NCBI GenBank assembly: GCA_963755915.1
Contig: CAVWLP010000002.1
Coordinates: 2,752,001-2,816,000, forward strand
Direction of reading: 5' to 3'
DNA from: an uncultured Phycisphaerales bacterium
GTDB lineage: Bacteria > Planctomycetota > Phycisphaerae > Tepidisphaerales > Tepidisphaeraceae
Length of the DNA stretch: 64,000 nt
Part shown: positions 59,358 through 64,000 of the stretch, piece after piece
Layout of the letters: every line of letters begins with the position of its first letter
Position numbering within the stretch: position 1 is the stretch's first letter
Notes under the pieces: model-generated
Told to the model about the DNA's origin: nothing
The model's input: the letters and a program-made list of their open reading frames with translations, nothing else
The model's database searches: none
Made by a program: the position numbers and the translations under genes

Positions 59358-60608
59358 ATGCCTTCCCCGGCCGCAAAGGCGATTCAATTTCTGATCGTTA
59401 TGGGCTTGGTTTGCCCATATCTAGCCTGCCCATGTCTAGTCTGCCTATGTCATGCGGCTCAACCCCCGGCCACCACGCAGTCCTCCGAAGAATCCGACGT
59501 CGCCGACCTTGTCAACGAAACCCAGCACATTTACGCCCAGTGGCAGGAACTTCCCCTGCTCAATCCCTGCTCCATCAACCAGGTCGTCCGCTTCAACGAG
59601 TGCCAGGGGCTGCTGGTCACGGATTGGCCTATCCTCAGCTCCAGCGCCGTGCAGCAGGAGCTCAAAGTCCTGGCCCCCAACGCCAATCAGGCTCATCCTG
59701 TCGCCAACGCGGGGGAATCCATCAGGGGACGAATCCCGCTTACCGATCTTCCCGGCCGCTCCATTCTCGGCTGTTTTTTCGGGCGTCACTCGACGGCTCC
59801 CATGTTCGATTATTACGATTTGAAGATGCCTCAGGCCGTCCGGCGGCATCTCCAGGTGCTCAGCGGCCCCCTCCACCTCCAGGTCGTCCAGGACTTGGAA
59901 AACGCCAGGAGCGGCCGCACGGAGACGATCTCTCTCATTCAAAATCTCGAAACCAACGACTCCGACCCCATCACCCTGCGCGTCCAGGCCCGGTCGGGCG
60001 ATCAGCCTACTCAAGACGTCGTCGTCTCCGCCCCCACGCTTCCCGAGCTTCGCCGCAAACATCCCTACGAATTCGAAAAATATCTTCGCCCGCTCTTCCA
60101 GCAGTTTCGGCAGGACCAATCGGTCTTCGCCGTGGAGGATCGCGTCGCCTGGCAGGTGATGGCCGCCCAGTGGCGCCGGCCGGCCGACATCGCCGCCCAG
60201 ATCGACCCTCTCATTTCCCAGCTCAATTCACCCGTTTATTCCCAGCGCCAGCAGGCCCAGTTGTCCCTCGAAAAGCTCGGCGAGCCCGCCGCGCTCTATC
60301 TCCACACCGCCGACCATTCGCAGTGGACCGCGGAACAAAAATCCCGCGTGAACGAGCTCCTCTCCCAATTCTTCCCTCTCAATCCCCAGCAGGCCGACCA
60401 GCTTGGCCGAGACGTCAACTTCCTGCTCGATTGCCTTGCCAGCGACGATCCCATTCTGCGTGCCGCAACCATCGACCATCTTGAATATCTTCTCGGCCAC
60501 AAAATCGACGTGAATCTCGACCAGCCCCCGCTGCAGCGCCTCGGGGCGATTACCCTCCTCCGCCGCCAGCTCATGCCCAAATCCCCCAAGGATGACTTGG
60601 AAAACTAG
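59358..60608 (+). CDS. Exported hypothetical protein
   Basis: Signal-like leader, PPATTQ, LISQLNSPVYSQRQQAQLSLEKLG HEAT-like motif. Confidence 0.65.
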   Translation: MPSPAAKAIQFLIVMGLVCPYLACPCLVCLCHAAQPPATTQSSEESDVADLVNETQHIYAQWQELPLLNPCSINQVVRFNECQGLLVTDWPILSSSAVQQELKVLAPNANQAHPVANAGESIRGRIPLTDLPGRSILGCFFGRHSTAPMFDYYDLKMPQAVRRHLQVLSGPLHLQVVQDLENARSGRTETISLIQNLETNDSDPITLRVQARSGDQPTQDVVVSAPTLPELRRKHPYEFEKYLRPLFQQFRQDQSVFAVEDRVAWQVMAAQWRRPADIAAQIDPLISQLNSPVYSQRQQAQLSLEKLGEPAALYLHTADHSQWTAEQKSRVNELLSQFFPLNPQQADQLGRDVNFLLDCLASDDPILRAATIDHLEYLLGHKIDVNLDQPPLQRLGAITLLRRQLMPKSPKDDLEN

Positions 60609-60650
60609 TCGCATTTCGCGGCGACTGTGCGCATGATACGTTCCACGGGC

Positions 60651-61280
60651 ATGCCAAACGATTCCGACAAATCTCGCTCCGCCAACATCCGTCGCACCTT
60701 CATTGCCGGGCTTTTCGCCTTTCTTCCCCTGGCCGTCACTGGTTTCATCCTCTGGTGGGTGGACGACAAAACCGTCAACATCACCGACTGGCTCTTCCAT
60801 CGCCGGATCCACTTCCTCGGCGTCGTCCTGACCCTCGCCGCCATCTATGCCCTGGGGATGGCCACCAACAGCATCGTGGGAAAATTCTTCCTCCGCGTCG
60901 TCGACACGATCATCATGCGGCTTCCCGGAATCCGTCTGCTCTACCAGGGGTGGAAACAGATCGCCTTCACGCCCGGCGGCACCGAGGGAACCTTTTCCCG
61001 AGTTGTCCTCATCCCCGATGAGACCGGAACGATGAAACTCATGGGCTTCAGCAGCGGCCGGATCGTCGAAGCCGGCGAACCCTGCTACTGCGTTTTCGTC
61101 CCCTCCAGCCCCAACCCGATCACCGGCCGGCTCTATTTCGTCCGCGCCCAGCGATGCCAGTTCATAGACATGTCCGCCGAGGAGGCCTTCAAGATCATTC
61201 TCTCGACCGGCAACTATGTTCCGCCGCTCAAATCGGCCGACTTTCCCGAGGTCCCCAGCGCAAATTTTGCGACTCGCTGA
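60651..61280 (+). CDS. DUF502 membrane protein
   Basis: FIAGL...LPLAVT, RLPGIRLLY...KQI, VFVPSSPNPITG, MSAEEAFKIILS.G. Confidence 0.9.
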   Translation: MPNDSDKSRSANIRRTFIAGLFAFLPLAVTGFILWWVDDKTVNITDWLFHRRIHFLGVVLTLAAIYALGMATNSIVGKFFLRVVDTIIMRLPGIRLLYQGWKQIAFTPGGTEGTFSRVVLIPDETGTMKLMGFSSGRIVEAGEPCYCVFVPSSPNPITGRLYFVRAQRCQFIDMSAEEAFKIILSTGNYVPPLKSADFPEVPSANFATR

Positions 61281-61364
61281 CGCGCGGCTCTTGCATCTTC
61301 CGCGCAATTCGCTACATTTCCTCCCAAAAGGATTTCTCACCAAATGCTACATGGAGGTAGCCAA

Positions 61365-62198
61365 ATGTCCCCCCTCAAGCATCGAATTCTCAGCGGCATT
61401 CTTAGTCTCGGTTTTGCCGGCGGCTCCCTGCTTCTGCTCACCGCCTGCGGCATGGACACCCAGGACGTTCTCACTTGGTCCAATGACGCCAAGCGTCAGG
61501 GCTTCCAGGCCTACAACGACGGCAAATATGCCGAGGCGGCCGGCGCCTTCCGCAACGCCATCCGCCAGAACCCCCAGGACCCCGAAAGCGAATACTGGCT
61601 GGGCATGTGCGACGAGCAGACCGGGTCCTGGCATGAAGCCATCGACGCTTACAAGACGTCGCTTAGCCTGATGCCCCCGCCCAACACCGTGCATTACAGC
61701 GTCTCGATGCACGACAGCGCCTTCGATCGCCTTGCCCACATCATCGCCGAGCACGACGCCACCGGCAGCGAGACCGACCTCGTTGCCCAGAATATTTCCC
61801 AGGATAAGCCCAGCGAAGACTACCGTCTGCTGGGCCGCATTTTCCGCTTCCGCGGTGACGCCGACACCTCGCTGGACAACTACCGCAAGGCGGTCCACAT
61901 CGACCCCGACAACTTCGCTGCCCAGCGGGAACTTGGCCTGTACCTCGAGCAGCTCACCCAGAACCAGGAGGCCGGCCAGGTCCTCCGCGACGCCTATCGC
62001 ATCAACCAGAATGACGACCAGGTGAACACCGCCCTGCGTAACATCGGCATGGAGCCGGGGCCTGGACTCCTCGCCACGGAAGAGCCGGCGGCGCACCCCT
62101 ATCCGCCGAGCATTCCAGCCGCCGATCCGGGTTTGCCGACGCCGGCTTCGAACAGCGAGATGCCAGCGCCGATGCGCCGGCGCCAAGAGACTGATTGA
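61365..62198 (+). CDS. TPR lipoprotein
   Basis: GGAGG RBS, lipobox LTAC, TPR repeats. Confidence 0.8.
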   Translation: MSPLKHRILSGILSLGFAGGSLLLLTACGMDTQDVLTWSNDAKRQGFQAYNDGKYAEAAGAFRNAIRQNPQDPESEYWLGMCDEQTGSWHEAIDAYKTSLSLMPPPNTVHYSVSMHDSAFDRLAHIIAEHDATGSETDLVAQNISQDKPSEDYRLLGRIFRFRGDADTSLDNYRKAVHIDPDNFAAQRELGLYLEQLTQNQEAGQVLRDAYRINQNDDQVNTALRNIGMEPGPGLLATEEPAAHPYPPSIPAADPGLPTPASNSEMPAPMRRRQETD

Positions 62199-62202
62199 GT
62201 AT

Positions 62203-62370
62203 AAATTCGAAACTCGAAACTCGAAACTCGAAATTCGAAATTCGAATGACGAATCAAATTCGAAATTCGAAATTCGAATGACCGAAACCCCAAGCAGCGT
62301 CCCCGCTATATGTTTCGAGTTTTGAGCATTCGAATTTGATTCGTCATTCGAATTTCGAGTTTCGAATTTC
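62203..62370. repeat. Heptamer IR element, empty (family B)
   Basis: (AAATTCG/AAACTCG)x6-AATGACGAATCAAATTCG...TTTGATTCGTCATTCGAATTTCGAGTTTCGAATTTC, between convergent genes. Confidence 0.9.
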
Positions 62371-62376
62371 CGCCGC

Positions 62377-63074
62377 CTAAACCACTAACTTCAACTTGGG
62401 AATCTGCTCCCTGACGGCGGCCGGCTCCAGCGTCCCCACCCTCCAGTCCGCGTCCGAGAGCTTCTCAATCGTGTGCGACGTCGCCACCCCCAGCGTCGGA
62501 AACCCTGCTCCCTTCACTGATTTAATCACGCTGGGCGCATCCTCGATGACGAGGCAATCCTTGGGCTCAAGCGAAATCTTCGCGTGGGCCGCCACCAGCT
62601 TCATGCACTTCAAATACCCCTGTGGGTCAGGCTTTCCTACCGTCACGTCCTCCGCCGCCACGATTATTTCAAAGCAATCGCGCAGCGAAATCCCCTCCAG
62701 CATCGCCTCTATTTCTTCGCGCAGCGCCCCGAGCAGATCGCCAGGGGATAGTGCCGCCACAGCCCCCGCACAAATTCTTCCACGCCCGGCAGCGCCTGGT
62801 ATTTCCGCTCGCGAATCAGTTGCATCATGACTTCGCTTTTGCGGGTCATCAGCCGCAGGAGATCCTTCGGCTCGGCCGACGCCTTCCCATCCGCCAGGAG
62901 ATGCTTGAACGCCCCGCGATCGTCGAACCCGATCAATTCGCGGTAATACTGCTCCTCAGTCAGCTCCACCCCTTCGTCTTTCAGGACCGTGTGAAACGCA
63001 TAGAAGTGCAGCGGCTCGCTGTTGACGATCACGCCGTCAAAATCAAACAACACCGCCAGGGGCCAGTTAGACAT
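62377..63074 (-). CDS. HAD-family phosphatase (beta-PGM-like; frameshift ~62725)
   Basis: FDFDGVIVNSE, GKPDP, VIEDA. Confidence 0.88.
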
Positions 63075-63357
63075 ATCGTGGGGCAGAAAATATCGGTGCT
63101 TCGCACCCACGGCAAGCGAGTTTCAATTCCTCAATTTTCCACAGTCGTCCGGTAACAATCCGGTCCAATAAGATGGCCGATAAACATTCTGGGCCGGGGA
63201 ATCATCTGTTAAAATAGATAAAATAGATAGGTTAGATAAATTTGTCTCGCGGTGATTTCGCCGCAGAAAAGGAGATTTTTGCGCTGTCCCATTCAGGCGA
63301 AATCACAACTATTTATAGACAAACGGCTTATGCGAAATTCAACCGTGCCCGACCTCC

Positions 63358-63386
63358 TCAAGATTAATTCTCACACCCGTCGATAC
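63358..63386 (+). promoter_or_regulatory. Possible sigma-28 promoter of flgM
   Basis: TCAAG...GTCGATAC with non-canonical spacing; a perfect GCCGATAA also lies at 63176-63183. Confidence 0.35.
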
Positions 63387-63479
63387 ATTTCTCAGCAAAG
63401 GACCCTTACGGCAGATGGTGGCGATGGAGTCGTCAGTTTGCCAACCGGCGGTGGGCCCTTTTAAAGCTGGAGAGCTTCG

Positions 63480-63758
63480 ATGAGCCAGATCAACAACATC
63501 TCCCCCAACAATCCCATTCAGCAGATCGTCAACAACCCGGTCCAGAAGCAGATTCCGGCGGAGGCGACGCAAGCCCCATCCGACAGCGTTGAGCTTTCCG
63601 GCGTCTCGAACTACATGCAGATTCTCAAGACCAACGACGTTCGTCCCGCCAAGATCGCCGCGATTCGCGCCCAGATCGAAGCCGGCACCTACGACGCCGA
63701 CGGCTCAAAGCTTGACGCCGCCTCCAACGCGCTTCTCGACGAGCTGAATCAGATGTAA
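63480..63758 (+). CDS. flgM: Anti-sigma-28 factor FlgM
   Basis: 92 aa; DSVELS, DVRPAKIAAIRAQIEAGTY. Confidence 0.85.
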   Translation: MSQINNISPNNPIQQIVNNPVQKQIPAEATQAPSDSVELSGVSNYMQILKTNDVRPAKIAAIRAQIEAGTYDADGSKLDAASNALLDELNQM

Positions 63759-63798
63759 TCCGCGAAGCCGGCTGGCGTATGAGACCCCCGCAGCGCGC

Positions 63799-64000
63799 TT
63801 ACGTGTGATAATCCGCGTTGATCGTCACATACTCTTTCGACAGATCGCAGGTCCAAACCGTCGCCGCGGATTTCCCCAGCCGGCAATTTAAATCCACGAC
63901 GACTTCCTTCGCGTGAAGCGATTTGCTCACCCGCCGCGGATCGAACTTCGCCGGGCCCCCGGCGCGAAACACGGCCACGTTTTGCAGCCGCAGCTCCGCC
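63799..64000 (-). CDS. argJ: Ornithine acetyltransferase, 3' end (partial)
   Basis: Manual translation ends ...ATVWTCDLSKEYVTINADYHT*. Confidence 0.88.
   Translation of the reverse strand, partial: AELRLQNVAVFRAGGPAKFDPRRVSKSLHAKEVVVDLNCRLGKSAATVWTCDLSKEYVTINADYHT

Noticed and set aside
59412-59452. Cys-rich CPYLACPCLVCLC as a metal-binding or RiPP motif
   Set aside because: It arises from a degenerate 15-bp tandem repeat in a signal-peptide-like region; no modifying enzymes nearby.
57178-62370. Heptamer repeat clusters as CRISPR arrays
   Set aside because: No constant repeat with unique spacers and no cas genes; these are inverted arms of tandem 7-mers.

Overview
High-GC bacterial chromosomal window, most likely Planctomycetota (Phycisphaerae/Tepidisphaerales-like). 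That placement is inferred from a LEPR-XLL-type motif, PATQP motifs, CxxCGYxLxG zinc ribbons and a BBP2-type porin. Many genes, including housekeeping ones, are split by small indels, which looks like long-read error rather than decay. Core genes: efp, acnA, rnpB, mtnA, dcd-nrdJ (with an intein), rsmA, recO, coaX, tRNA-Lys, qor, rmuC, ilvA/tdcB, flgM and the 3' end of argJ. Other content: two TPR-GT41 glycosyltransferases, an ECF sigma/anti-sigma pair between duplicated GT-C genes, a c-di-GMP two-component cluster and a MoxR-DUF58-vWA operon. Most notable: (1) a heptamer-built inverted-repeat family at 7 loci, five of them abutting stop codons, with one copy enclosing a four-helix-bundle gene; (2) an IS inserted into the loop of a second, REP-like palindrome family; (3) a long c-di-AMP (ydaO-type) riboswitch upstream of two tiny unknown ORFs; (4) an Asn-tipped EF-P directly downstream of the GT41 genes. 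All product calls come from motif recognition by eye; no searches were run.
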